In this document: positions 19,845 to 29,232 of the stretch, piece after piece
How positions within the stretch are numbered: the first letter of the stretch is position 1
Layout of the letters: the number at the start of each line of letters is the position of its first letter
DNA from: Acidobacteriota bacterium
GTDB lineage: Bacteria; Acidobacteriota; UBA890; WLXD01
NCBI GenBank assembly: GCA_965248695.1
Contig: CBDFKD010000002.1
Span: forward strand, 2,400,001-2,464,000
Reading direction: 5' to 3'
Length of the DNA stretch: 64,000 nt
Made by a program: the position numbers and the translations under genes
Notes under the pieces: generated by a model
The model's input: only the letters and a program-made list of their open reading frames with translations
What the model was told of the DNA's origin: nothing
Databases searched by the model: none

Positions 19845-21254
19845 ATGAAACTCCCAACTCGGCGAGGTCCCCGCGAGGCACGGCGCATGCCCGTCTGCGC
19901 TCTCCTCCTTCTCATGATCGCGGGGAGTGCCGCGATTCCCAGCGCACCGCACACTCAAGCTGGCGTCACCGCCCTCACGGAAGGAAGCGATTGGCCCCGC
20001 TTCCTCGGACCGACCGACGACGGCAAGTCCCCGGAAACCGGGATTCTCACGGACTGGGGTGAGTCAGGTCCGCCGCTGGTTTGGGAGCACGTCGCCGGGG
20101 AGGGCTACCCCGGCGCGGTAGTGGCCGCGGGGCGGCTGTTCTTTTTCGATCACCACGATGGCCAGAATCGACTGGTTTGCCTGGATCCCGAGACCGGTGC
20201 CGAAGTGTGGAGGAGTGAGCACCCCTCCTTTTACAGGGACTTCTACGGCTACAATCGCGGCCCGCGCACCGCGCCGGTGGTGGACGGCGAGCGAGTGTTC
20301 ACCTTTGGCGTCGAGGGCACGCTCCGCGCCCACCACGTGACCGACGGCCGCACGCTGTGGGAGGTCGATACCGCCGAGCGTTTCGGCATGGTGCAGAACT
20401 TCTTCGGTGCGGGCAGCTCGCCGATCGTCGAGGGTGATCTTCTGATCGCGATGGTGGGAGGTAGCCCGCCAGGCAGCCCCGACGCCCACTCGGGCCAGGT
20501 CGTGGGCAACGGCACCGGGATCGTCGCGTTCGACAAGGCGACCGGTGAGATCCACTATACGATCAGCGATGAGCTCGCCAGCTACGCTAGCCCCGTGATT
20601 AGGACGATCGCCGGCAGGCGCTGGGGCTTGGTGTTCGCCCGCGGAGGCCTCGTCGGATTCAACCCGACCGACGGGACCATCGACTTCCACTTCCCGTGGA
20701 GGACGCGCCAGCTGCAGAGCGTCAACGCGTCGAACCCTGTGGTCGTCGACGACACGGTGTTCATCACCGAAGCCTACGGCCGCGGCGGAGCGCTGCTGCG
20801 GGTCGAGCCCGGTGGCTACGAGGTTATCTGGCAGGACGGACGACGAGATCAGAGCCTGGCCACTCACTTCGGCAATGTCATCTACCACGACGGGATTCTG
20901 TACGGGTCGCACGGCCGCCACGAGGGCCCCGCGGAGTTGCGCGCCGTCGACCACGCCAACGGCGAGATCCGGTGGCGCGTGCGCGGCGTTCTCTGGACGA
21001 GTCTGCTTTACGTGGACGGACATCTCATCGTCCTGAGCTCGGACGGCAGCTTGCACCTCGTAGAGGCCACACCGGAGGCCGTCCGAGCCAAAGCGTCGGT
21101 CAAACCGGCCCGGGCCGACGGGACCGCACTCCTGAGAACGCCCGCCTGGAGCCCGCCGGTACTGTCGCACGGCCTGCTCTATCTGAGAGGAAGGGACAGG
21201 CTGATCGCGTTGGAGTTGATCCCCGGACGTAGTCGAAGGCCGTTCGATTCCTAG
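19845..21254 (+). CDS. PQQ-binding-like beta-propeller repeat protein
   Basis: DWPRFLGP N-terminal motif; repeated A/C-x-D-x-x-TG-x-x-x-W motifs; C-terminal WSPPVLSHGLLYLR. Start uncertain. Confidence 0.8.
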   Translation: MKLPTRRGPREARRMPVCALLLLMIAGSAAIPSAPHTQAGVTALTEGSDWPRFLGPTDDGKSPETGILTDWGESGPPLVWEHVAGEGYPGAVVAAGRLFFFDHHDGQNRLVCLDPETGAEVWRSEHPSFYRDFYGYNRGPRTAPVVDGERVFTFGVEGTLRAHHVTDGRTLWEVDTAERFGMVQNFFGAGSSPIVEGDLLIAMVGGSPPGSPDAHSGQVVGNGTGIVAFDKATGEIHYTISDELASYASPVIRTIAGRRWGLVFARGGLVGFNPTDGTIDFHFPWRTRQLQSVNASNPVVVDDTVFITEAYGRGGALLRVEPGGYEVIWQDGRRDQSLATHFGNVIYHDGILYGSHGRHEGPAELRAVDHANGEIRWRVRGVLWTSLLYVDGHLIVLSSDGSLHLVEATPEAVRAKASVKPARADGTALLRTPAWSPPVLSHGLLYLRGRDRLIALELIPGRSRRPFDS

Positions 21255-21317
21255 TCCCGACAAATGAGTCCGGTCTTGGCCGTAAACTAGAGCAGGATCC
21301 GCTGAGGGAGCTCGCTC

Positions 21318-22751
21318 GTGGGCATCGACCAAACCATCGACCAGTTCATGCGGCCGCTCGCGGACGCGATCTACGGCTTCGTCTTCTACGCCGTGCCGGT
21401 AGCCGACGCAGAGCTGCCGCTGATCGTGGTGTGGCTGATCGCCGGGGGGCTCTTCTTCACGCTGTATCTGCGATTCATCAACTTCCGCGGATTCCGACAC
21501 GCGCTGCACCTCGTCAGCGGCCGCTACGCCGACCCGCTGCACCCGGGGGAGGTCACGCACTTCCAGGCGTTGGCGACGGCGTTGTCCGGCACCGTCGGCA
21601 TCGGCAACATCGCCGGCGTCGCGGTGGCGATCTCGGTCGGTGGGCCGGGCGCGACGCTATGGATGATCATCGCCGGCCTGCTGGGGATGAGCACCAAGTT
21701 CGCCGAGTGCACCCTGGCGGTGAAGTTCAGGCACGAGCACGAAGACCGCTCGGTCAGCGGCGGACCGATGTACTTCCTGGAGAGAGGGCTCGCGCTGCGA
21801 GAACTGCCGCGCGTGGGCCGCGCTCTCGGGATCTTCTACGCCGCCGCGATGATCCTCGGGTGCCTCGGAATCGGGAACATGTTCCAGTCCAACCAGGCCG
21901 CGGCGATCCTGATCGACGTCACCGGAGGCGCGGACAGCTTCTTCTTCGGCAGGGCCTGGTTGCTGGGGCTGGCGATGGCGGTCGTCGTGGCGCTGGTGAT
22001 CGTCGGTGGCATCCAGAGCATCGCCAAGACCACGTCGAAGCTGGTCCCGTTCATGGCGGTGCTGTACTTGCTCTCGGCGCTGCTCATCCTGGTTCTCAAC
22101 TTCGAGCGGCTGCCCGGGGCGGTGGGGCAGATCTGGCAGGGCGCATTTGCGCCGGAATCGATCGGTGGCGGCCTGATCGGCGTCATGATCGTCGGCTTCC
22201 GGCGTGCGGTGTTCTCGAACGAAGCCGGCCTCGGCTCCGCGGCGATCGCGCACTCCGCGGTGCGTACCGACGAGCCCGTGACCGAAGGCTTCGTCGCCCT
22301 GCTGGAGCCGTTCATCGATACCGTCGTGATCTGCACGATGACCGCGCTCGTCATCGTGACGACGGTCTACGACCCGGCGATGGCGTCGACCGAGGTGAGC
22401 GGAATCCAGCTGACGACGGACGCGTTCGCGAGCACGTTGTCATGGTCGCCGGTTCCGCTGTCGATCGCCGCCGTGCTCTTCGCGTTCTCGACGATGCTGT
22501 CCTGGAGCTACTACGGCCTCAAGTCGTTCACGTACCTTGCAGGACATGGTCCGGTCGCCGAGATCGGCTTCAAGCTTTTCTTCTGCCTCTTCATCGTCCT
22601 GGGCAGCAGCATCCAGCTCGGCGCGCTCATCGACCTGTCGGACGCGCTGATCTTCCTGGTGGCGATCCCGAATCTCGCCGGGCTCTACCTGCTCGCCCCG
22701 GTCTTGAAGGAGGAGCTGATCTCGTATCGCGAACGCCTCGGGCGCTACTAG
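21318..22751 (+). CDS. Alanine/glycine:cation symporter (AgcS family)
   Basis: FQALATALSGTVGIGNIAGVA, GGPGA, GGPMY, FSNEAGLGSA and FIDTVVIC motifs. Confidence 0.92.
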   Translation: MGIDQTIDQFMRPLADAIYGFVFYAVPVADAELPLIVVWLIAGGLFFTLYLRFINFRGFRHALHLVSGRYADPLHPGEVTHFQALATALSGTVGIGNIAGVAVAISVGGPGATLWMIIAGLLGMSTKFAECTLAVKFRHEHEDRSVSGGPMYFLERGLALRELPRVGRALGIFYAAAMILGCLGIGNMFQSNQAAAILIDVTGGADSFFFGRAWLLGLAMAVVVALVIVGGIQSIAKTTSKLVPFMAVLYLLSALLILVLNFERLPGAVGQIWQGAFAPESIGGGLIGVMIVGFRRAVFSNEAGLGSAAIAHSAVRTDEPVTEGFVALLEPFIDTVVICTMTALVIVTTVYDPAMASTEVSGIQLTTDAFASTLSWSPVPLSIAAVLFAFSTMLSWSYYGLKSFTYLAGHGPVAEIGFKLFFCLFIVLGSSIQLGALIDLSDALIFLVAIPNLAGLYLLAPVLKEELISYRERLGRY

Positions 22752-22878
22752 TGGCCTGTGCGCGACCGGGCCGCGCAGTACGATCGCGAGCCTCGAACCA
22801 AGCACGGGCCGCTGAGAGACACCGGGGCGGACCGTCGCGACCACCGATCGTCGGCGGCTATAGGAACAGGGAGGCTCT

Positions 22879-24588
22879 ATGAACAGATCGAGACGAGCCG
22901 TCGTCGTCGCTACGCTCACGCTCGTCGTCGGCTCCGGAGCCTGCACTCCAGGGGGCGACGCGGGGCCGCAGGCCGACACGATTTTCTTCGGCGACAACAT
23001 CGTCACGATGGACCCCGCCATGCCGTCCGTGGACGCGGTGGCGGTCACCGGCGAGACGATCACGGCCACCGGCACGCTCGACGAGATCATGGCGCTACAG
23101 GGCGCTTCGACGCGCGTCGTCGACCTCGGTGAGGATGCGCTGCTGCCCGGCTTCATCGACGCACACGGTCACTTCCTCGGAGCCGGGCGCGCCCTCGTTG
23201 CTCTGGGGCTCCACTCCCCGCCCGTGGGGGATGTGACCAACATCGACGAGCTGGTCGCCAAGATTCGCCGCTGGATCGAGGAGAAGGAGATCCCGCCAGG
23301 TGAGGTCGTCTCCGGCAGGGGCTACGACGACTCATTGCTCGACGAGAAACGCCACCCGACGCGCTTCGATCTCGATCGAGCGTCGACCGAGCACCCGATC
23401 GTGCTCGTTCACGTGTCGGGGCATCTCAGTGCAGCCAACTCCGCAGCGCTCGCGGCGAGCAACATTACCGCCGACACACCCGACCCCGAGGGGGGCCATA
23501 TCAGGCGGGTCGAAGGCTCGACGGAGCCGAACGGCGTCTTCGAGGAGAGCGCCGTGCGGCTCCTGGTCGCCGGAGACTCGTCGTCGACACCCGAGGAATC
23601 TGACGAGCTGATTCGCAAGTCGATCGGCGTCTATCTCGCCTACGGCACCACCACGATCCAGAACGGTGGCGGCACCAGCCCGGAGATGGTCGAGACGATC
23701 CGCGCCGCCGCCGAGCGAGAACCGCTGCTCGCCGACGTGGCGGTCTTCACGCGCGCCGACGCGATCCTGGAGGATCGGCTCCAGTACGAGCCGCGCTACC
23801 AAAACGGCTTCCGCGTCGCGGGCGTCAAGTTCGTGCTCGACGGCTCGCCCCAAGGGCGCACGGCATGGATCACCGAGCCGTACGAGGAAGGACCGCCCGG
23901 GGCGCCGGCAGACTACCGGGCGTACGGGACGATGGATCCGGCTGTCTACAAAACCCAGGCAGCGGCGCTGATCGAGCGGGGCGTGCCCTTCCTGGCCCAC
24001 GGCAACGGCGACGCTGCGATGGACCTGATGCTCGACGGCGTCGACGAGGCGGTCTCCAGCATGGACGTGGCGCCGGATCACCGTTCGGTGATCATCCACG
24101 CGCAGCTCATGCGCGCCGACCAGCTCGACCGCGCCGCCGAGCTGAGCGTCGTGCCCTCGTTCTTTGCCGCGCACACCTTCTTCTGGGGCGACTGGCACCG
24201 GATCAGCTTCGGCGAGGAGCGAGGCAACAACATCAGCCCGGTACGCTGGGCAATCGACCGCGGCGTGAGCTTCACCGTGCACAACGACGCCTCGGTCGTC
24301 CCGCCGAACATGATGCACCTGATCTCGATCACCGTGAACCGGAAGACCCGCAGCGGTCACGTGCTCGGACCGCATCAGCGAGCGACGATCCAGGAGGCGC
24401 TGCACGCGGTCACGCTCGGCGCCGCGTATCAATACTTCGAAGAGGACCGGAAGGGCTCGATCACGGTGGGGAAGCAGGCAGATCTGGTGATCCTGGGGCA
24501 GAACCCGCTCACCGCAGATCCGGCCGAGCTCGAGAACATCCCGATCATGGAGACGTTTTCTCGGGGTCGGTCGGTCTACACTCGATGA
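22879..24588 (+). CDS. Amidohydrolase 3 (YtcJ-like) lipoprotein
   Basis: Signal ending GSGAC; PGFIDAHGH; KFVLDGSPQG; HGNGD; HND; GKQADLVIL. Confidence 0.88.
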   Translation: MNRSRRAVVVATLTLVVGSGACTPGGDAGPQADTIFFGDNIVTMDPAMPSVDAVAVTGETITATGTLDEIMALQGASTRVVDLGEDALLPGFIDAHGHFLGAGRALVALGLHSPPVGDVTNIDELVAKIRRWIEEKEIPPGEVVSGRGYDDSLLDEKRHPTRFDLDRASTEHPIVLVHVSGHLSAANSAALAASNITADTPDPEGGHIRRVEGSTEPNGVFEESAVRLLVAGDSSSTPEESDELIRKSIGVYLAYGTTTIQNGGGTSPEMVETIRAAAEREPLLADVAVFTRADAILEDRLQYEPRYQNGFRVAGVKFVLDGSPQGRTAWITEPYEEGPPGAPADYRAYGTMDPAVYKTQAAALIERGVPFLAHGNGDAAMDLMLDGVDEAVSSMDVAPDHRSVIIHAQLMRADQLDRAAELSVVPSFFAAHTFFWGDWHRISFGEERGNNISPVRWAIDRGVSFTVHNDASVVPPNMMHLISITVNRKTRSGHVLGPHQRATIQEALHAVTLGAAYQYFEEDRKGSITVGKQADLVILGQNPLTADPAELENIPIMETFSRGRSVYTR

Positions 24589-24621
24589 CGGTCTCGGGAT
24601 GAATCTGGCACAGGAGATGGA

Positions 24622-26355
24622 ATGCCGAAGCAAAGGATGACCCCCTCCGAGGCCCTCGTCGAAACGCTCGTCGCGGAGGGCGTGACCGATGTGTTCGGGC
24701 TCGTAGGCTCGGCGTTCATGGACGCGCTCGACCTCCTTCCGGATGCGGGCATCCGTTTCATCCCGGTGGCCCACGAGCAGGCCGCGGCGCACGCCGCCGA
24801 TGGTCTCGCCAGGGTCACCGGCATGCCTCAGACGTGTCTCGCTCAGAACGGCCCGGGCGCCGCGAATTTCGTTTCCGCGATCGCCGCCGCGTACTGGGCG
24901 CACTCTCCGGTCGTCGCCATCACACCTGAGGCCGGCTCCGGCGGAATCGGCACGGGCGGCTTCCAGGAGCTCGACCAGATGGCGATGTTCGCCGAGCAGA
25001 CCGTGTATCAGGTGAGGGTCAACCGGCCCGACCGCATGGCCGAGCTCACCCGGCGCTGCTTCTATCGCGCCAAGCTCGAGCTCGGCCCGACGCAGCTCAA
25101 CATCCCGCGGGATTACTTCTTCGGCGACACCGAGCAGGAGATCTTTGCCACCCCGACGCTCGGCCCGGGCCGTCCGCGCCGAGAGGAGATCGCGGAAGCC
25201 GTGCGCCTCCTGGAGAAGGCCAAGTACCCGGTGATCATCTCCGGCGGCGGCGTCAGCCAGGGAGAGGCGCTCGCCGAGGTCGCAGCGCTCGCCGAGCACC
25301 TTAGCGCGCCGGTGGTCAGCACGTACCTGCACAACGATACGTTTCCCTACACCCACCCGCTCGGCTGCGGGCCGCTCGGCTACCTCGGGTCGAAGGCCGC
25401 GATGCGCACCCTCGCCAAGGCGGACGTGGTGTTGGCGCTCGGCACCAGGCTCGGGGTGTTCGGGCTGCTCCCGCAGTACGACATGGCGTACTGGCCCGAG
25501 GACGCTGTTCTGATCCAGATCGACCGCGACGCGAAGCAGTGGGGGCTCAGCAAGGTCCCGGATCTCTTCTCGGTGGCCGACGTGAAGGAGTACACGACGG
25601 AGCTAGTCGGAGCGCTGAAGGCAGCGGGACCGGCCCGTGCGAAGGACGAGGACCGCCTCGCCGACGTCGCCCGCGAGAAGGCCGAGTGGGACGGCGAGCT
25701 CGAGGAGCGGTCGTCTTCGACCAACGCGCTCATGCACCCGAGGCGTTTCCTCTGGGAGCTGCAGCTGGCGCTCCCCGACGACGCCCTCGTCGCCACCGAC
25801 ATCGGCAACACCTGCTCCATCACGAACGGGTACCTGCGCGGCTTCAAGGGGGGGCGCCAGCACCTCGCCGCGCTCACCTGGGGCAATTGCGGATTCGCCT
25901 ACGGCTGCGCGATGGGCGCCAAGGTCGGCAAGCCGCAGGCGCCGGTGTTAGCCATGCAGGGCGATGGTGCCTGGGGAATCAGCGGCCTCTCGGAGGTGAT
26001 GACCGCCGTTCGGGAGAAGATCCCCGTCATCGCGATCGTCATGAACAACCACGAGTGGGGCGCCGAGAAGAAGAATCAGATCGACTTCTACGACAACCGC
26101 TTCGTCGCCGTCGACCTGCCAGACAACCCCGACTACGCCAAGGTCGCCGAGGCGATGGGCGCCAAGGGCTACACCGTAGACGACTACCGGAACGTCCAGG
26201 ACGTGGTGCGGGACGCCATTGCTTCCGGCGAGCCTTGCGTCATCAACGCGATCGTCGAGGGTGGGGAGAACGTGCTGGCGGCGCCCTTCCGCCGCGATGC
26301 AATGGCGACACCGACCCGTCATCTGGACAAGTACGCACACCTGGATCTGAACTAA
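24622..26355 (+). CDS. xsc: Sulfoacetaldehyde acetyltransferase (ThDP-dependent)
   Basis: MTPSEALVETL, GSAFMD, AQNGPG, AAAYWAHSPVV, GDGAWG, WGAEKKNQIDFY and PFRRDA motifs typical of Xsc. Confidence 0.9.
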   Translation: MPKQRMTPSEALVETLVAEGVTDVFGLVGSAFMDALDLLPDAGIRFIPVAHEQAAAHAADGLARVTGMPQTCLAQNGPGAANFVSAIAAAYWAHSPVVAITPEAGSGGIGTGGFQELDQMAMFAEQTVYQVRVNRPDRMAELTRRCFYRAKLELGPTQLNIPRDYFFGDTEQEIFATPTLGPGRPRREEIAEAVRLLEKAKYPVIISGGGVSQGEALAEVAALAEHLSAPVVSTYLHNDTFPYTHPLGCGPLGYLGSKAAMRTLAKADVVLALGTRLGVFGLLPQYDMAYWPEDAVLIQIDRDAKQWGLSKVPDLFSVADVKEYTTELVGALKAAGPARAKDEDRLADVAREKAEWDGELEERSSSTNALMHPRRFLWELQLALPDDALVATDIGNTCSITNGYLRGFKGGRQHLAALTWGNCGFAYGCAMGAKVGKPQAPVLAMQGDGAWGISGLSEVMTAVREKIPVIAIVMNNHEWGAEKKNQIDFYDNRFVAVDLPDNPDYAKVAEAMGAKGYTVDDYRNVQDVVRDAIASGEPCVINAIVEGGENVLAAPFRRDAMATPTRHLDKYAHLDLN

Positions 26356-26376
26356 ATCATCTGTTGGAGGCCACCA

Positions 26377-27774
26377 ATGCCCGACACACTCGCTCCGCTC
26401 GACGCCCACGAGACCGCCGACATCGTCGAAAAGGACAAGAAGCACCTCTGGCATCACCTCCTCCAACACAGCGTCCTGGAGGAGAGCGACCCTAAGATCT
26501 TCGTCGAGGGCACGGGCGCCCGCCTGCGCGATATCGAGGGAACCGAGTACCTGGACGCGTCGTCCGGCGGCGTGTGGTGCGTCAACGTCGGGTACGGTCG
26601 CGAGAGCATCGCCGAGGCGATCCGCGACCAGCTCTTGAAGCTGCCCTACTACGCGGGGGCGGCGGGGACGGTGCCCGCCGCGGAGTTCGCGGATCAGCTG
26701 ACGGACCTACTCCCAGGTCTGGATCGCGTCTACTTCGCCTCGAGCGGCTCCGAGGCGAACGAGAAGGCGTTCAAGATGGTCCGCCAGATCGCCCACCTGA
26801 ACGGCCACGACAAGCATAAGGTCCTGTACCGGGACCGTGACTATCACGGAACCACGATCGCGTGCCTCGCCGCCTCGGGTCAGCCCGAGCGCAAAGAGGC
26901 GTATGGTCCCTTCCCGGACGGATTCGCTGAGATACCGCACGCGCTGTGCTATCGCTGCCCGTTCGGCAAGTCGTATCCGAGCTGTGACCTCGAGTGCGCG
27001 CACTCTCTAGAGGACGCGATCCTCGAAGAGGGGCCCGACACGGTCGGCGGCGTCATATTCGAGACGATCACCGCGGGAGGCGGCGTTATCCCTCCAGTCG
27101 ACGAGTACTACCCCGTCGTCCAGGACATCTGCGAGAAGTACGGCGTTGTCCTGATCCTCGACGAGGTCGTGTGCGGCTTCGGGCGCACCGGGACGATGTT
27201 CGGCTTCGAGCACTACGACATGGCGCCCGACATCGTCACGATGGCGAAGGGTATTGCGAGCGCCTACGCGCCGATCTCTGCCACGGCCGTGCGCGGCGAG
27301 ATCTTCGAAGCCTTCCTCAACGAGCCGAGCGCCCCGCTCGACTACTTCCGCGACATCAGCACGTACGGCGGCTGCACCGGCGGCTTCGCTGCCGGGCTCG
27401 AGAACCTGCGCATCATCGAGGCCGAGGCGCTAGTCGAGAACGCCCGCGTCGTTGGTGCGTACTTTCTCGACCGCCTCCGTGAGCTCGCCGACCACCAGCA
27501 CGTGGGAGACGTGCGCGGCAAAGGCCTCTTCGCCGGTGTGGAGCTAGTCGCCGACAAGGCCACGAAGGAGCCGCTCGGCGAGGAGGCGATGGGTGCGGTC
27601 ATGCGTTCCATCACCGCGGAGGGCGTGCTCGTCGGGCGGACGAACCGGAGCTTGCCCGGCCACAACAACACGTTGAACATGGCTCCACCGCTGATCGTGA
27701 CGGAGTCGGATGTCGACGAGATCGTGGCGGCCGTGAAGGTCGGAATCGAGAAGGGGTGTCGGGAGACGGCGTAG
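26377..27774 (+). CDS. tpa: Taurine-pyruvate aminotransferase (class III)
   Basis: LWHHLLQH, GGVWCVNVGYG, SGSEANEKAFK, RDRDYHGTT, TMAKG and YFRDISTYGG motifs; directly downstream of xsc. Confidence 0.85.
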   Translation: MPDTLAPLDAHETADIVEKDKKHLWHHLLQHSVLEESDPKIFVEGTGARLRDIEGTEYLDASSGGVWCVNVGYGRESIAEAIRDQLLKLPYYAGAAGTVPAAEFADQLTDLLPGLDRVYFASSGSEANEKAFKMVRQIAHLNGHDKHKVLYRDRDYHGTTIACLAASGQPERKEAYGPFPDGFAEIPHALCYRCPFGKSYPSCDLECAHSLEDAILEEGPDTVGGVIFETITAGGGVIPPVDEYYPVVQDICEKYGVVLILDEVVCGFGRTGTMFGFEHYDMAPDIVTMAKGIASAYAPISATAVRGEIFEAFLNEPSAPLDYFRDISTYGGCTGGFAAGLENLRIIEAEALVENARVVGAYFLDRLRELADHQHVGDVRGKGLFAGVELVADKATKEPLGEEAMGAVMRSITAEGVLVGRTNRSLPGHNNTLNMAPPLIVTESDVDEIVAAVKVGIEKGCRETA

Positions 27775-27829
27775 CCAATCAAGCACGCGGACGCCGAAAG
27801 TCAGGGCCGGCGGGGTCTTTCGGGGGCTG

Positions 27830-29200
27830 TCACGGGCGCCCGACGACCAGGATCTTCAGATCGTTCACATTGGTGCCGGTAGACCCTGTCACCACCGCGG
27901 CCGACAGTCGACGCAACGCGGCGCCCGCGTCGTGGGCACGAAGATACCTAGTCAGATCGAGCCCCATCCGTCGTGCCTCGTCGGCCACCGATCCATCGAC
28001 CAGCCCACCGGCCAGATCCGTCGGTCCGTCCGTTCCGTCGCTGTCGATGCCCAAGACGGCCACATCGCTCAAGCCGTCGATCCCGATGGCAGCGCTCAGC
28101 GCAAATTCCTGGTTGGGTCCGCCTTCACCTGCCGGGCCGTCGATCCGGACAATGGTCTCGCCGCCGCCGATGACAACGCATGGTGGGCGCACAGGCCGAC
28201 CGGTGTGGCGGACATCCTTGGCGATCCCGGCGAACGTGTGTCCGAGTGCAGCACTCTCGCCCTCGAACATGGTCGACAGGATGATCGTGTCGTAGCCCAG
28301 GGTCTCGGCACGCTTGGCCGCACCAACACAGGCGCGGTCGCCCGGCACGACCACGAGGCTCTGTGTCGCTCGACCAACGAAATCCTCTGGCTTTGGCGTT
28401 TCCTGATCCTCGCGGGCGTTGCGAAGGTGGGCCGCCACGGAGGCCGGCACCCGTGACCAGAGCCCGTACTTGTCCAGCGTTGCCACCGCGTCTTCCAGGG
28501 TCGACGTGTCCGGTACGGTGGGATCGGTGATGCAGTCGAGAGCGTCTCCAATAACGTCAGAGACCGTGAGATTGATTAGCGGTGCTTGCGCCGGCACACG
28601 CAGCGCTAAACGACCTCCCTTGACGCGGCTGATGTGCTTTCGAACCGCGTTTATCTCGGTAATCTTGGCACCACAGGTCAGCAAGGCATGGCTCGTTTCC
28701 TGCTTGTCTTGCAGGGAAATCCTGCCCGCCGGATCGACGAACAGCGACGAGCTCCCACCGGTGAAGCAGGCGATGACGAGGTCTCGGGGCATGACGCGGT
28801 CGAGCAGTGCTTTCGTCTGTAGCGCCCCCAGCCGTGAGGCCTCGTCGGGCACCGGGTGGGCTGCGAAATGCTGTGGGATATGTTGCAGCTGCGCGTCCGC
28901 GCCGTGCTTGCCGACTACCAGACCACCGCTGATTCTGCTCTCTAGCAGCTCTTCCAGGGCGCGGGCGATCGGGAAGCTGGCTTTTCCAGCTCCCACAACG
29001 AAGATTCGCCGGTCAGACGCGATCTCGTAGCTCTGGTCGGCCACGGCCAGGTTACGGCCGTCGAATGAGATCAGGGCCTTGGTGGCTTCATACGGGTCCG
29101 CGGCCGCCAGGCCGTGACTGGCGATATCTAATGCGACTCGCCGCAAATCGCCGATACCGTGGCCTATTAGCTCTTCGGCGTTGCGAAAACCCGACCACAC
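27830..29200 (-). CDS. Glycerate 2-kinase family protein (DUF4147/MOFRL)
   Basis: VGAGKA, HPVPD, GGSSSL, INAVRKHISRVKGG, SDVIGD, GGET, GGPNQE, SDGTDG and TGTNVND motifs. Confidence 0.9.
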   Translation of the reverse strand: MWSGFRNAEELIGHGIGDLRRVALDIASHGLAAADPYEATKALISFDGRNLAVADQSYEIASDRRIFVVGAGKASFPIARALEELLESRISGGLVVGKHGADAQLQHIPQHFAAHPVPDEASRLGALQTKALLDRVMPRDLVIACFTGGSSSLFVDPAGRISLQDKQETSHALLTCGAKITEINAVRKHISRVKGGRLALRVPAQAPLINLTVSDVIGDALDCITDPTVPDTSTLEDAVATLDKYGLWSRVPASVAAHLRNAREDQETPKPEDFVGRATQSLVVVPGDRACVGAAKRAETLGYDTIILSTMFEGESAALGHTFAGIAKDVRHTGRPVRPPCVVIGGGETIVRIDGPAGEGGPNQEFALSAAIGIDGLSDVAVLGIDSDGTDGPTDLAGGLVDGSVADEARRMGLDLTRYLRAHDAGAALRRLSAAVVTGSTGTNVNDLKILVVGRP

Positions 29201-29232
29201 GGACAGCCCTCCTCGGGCGATCGAGCCGCCGC

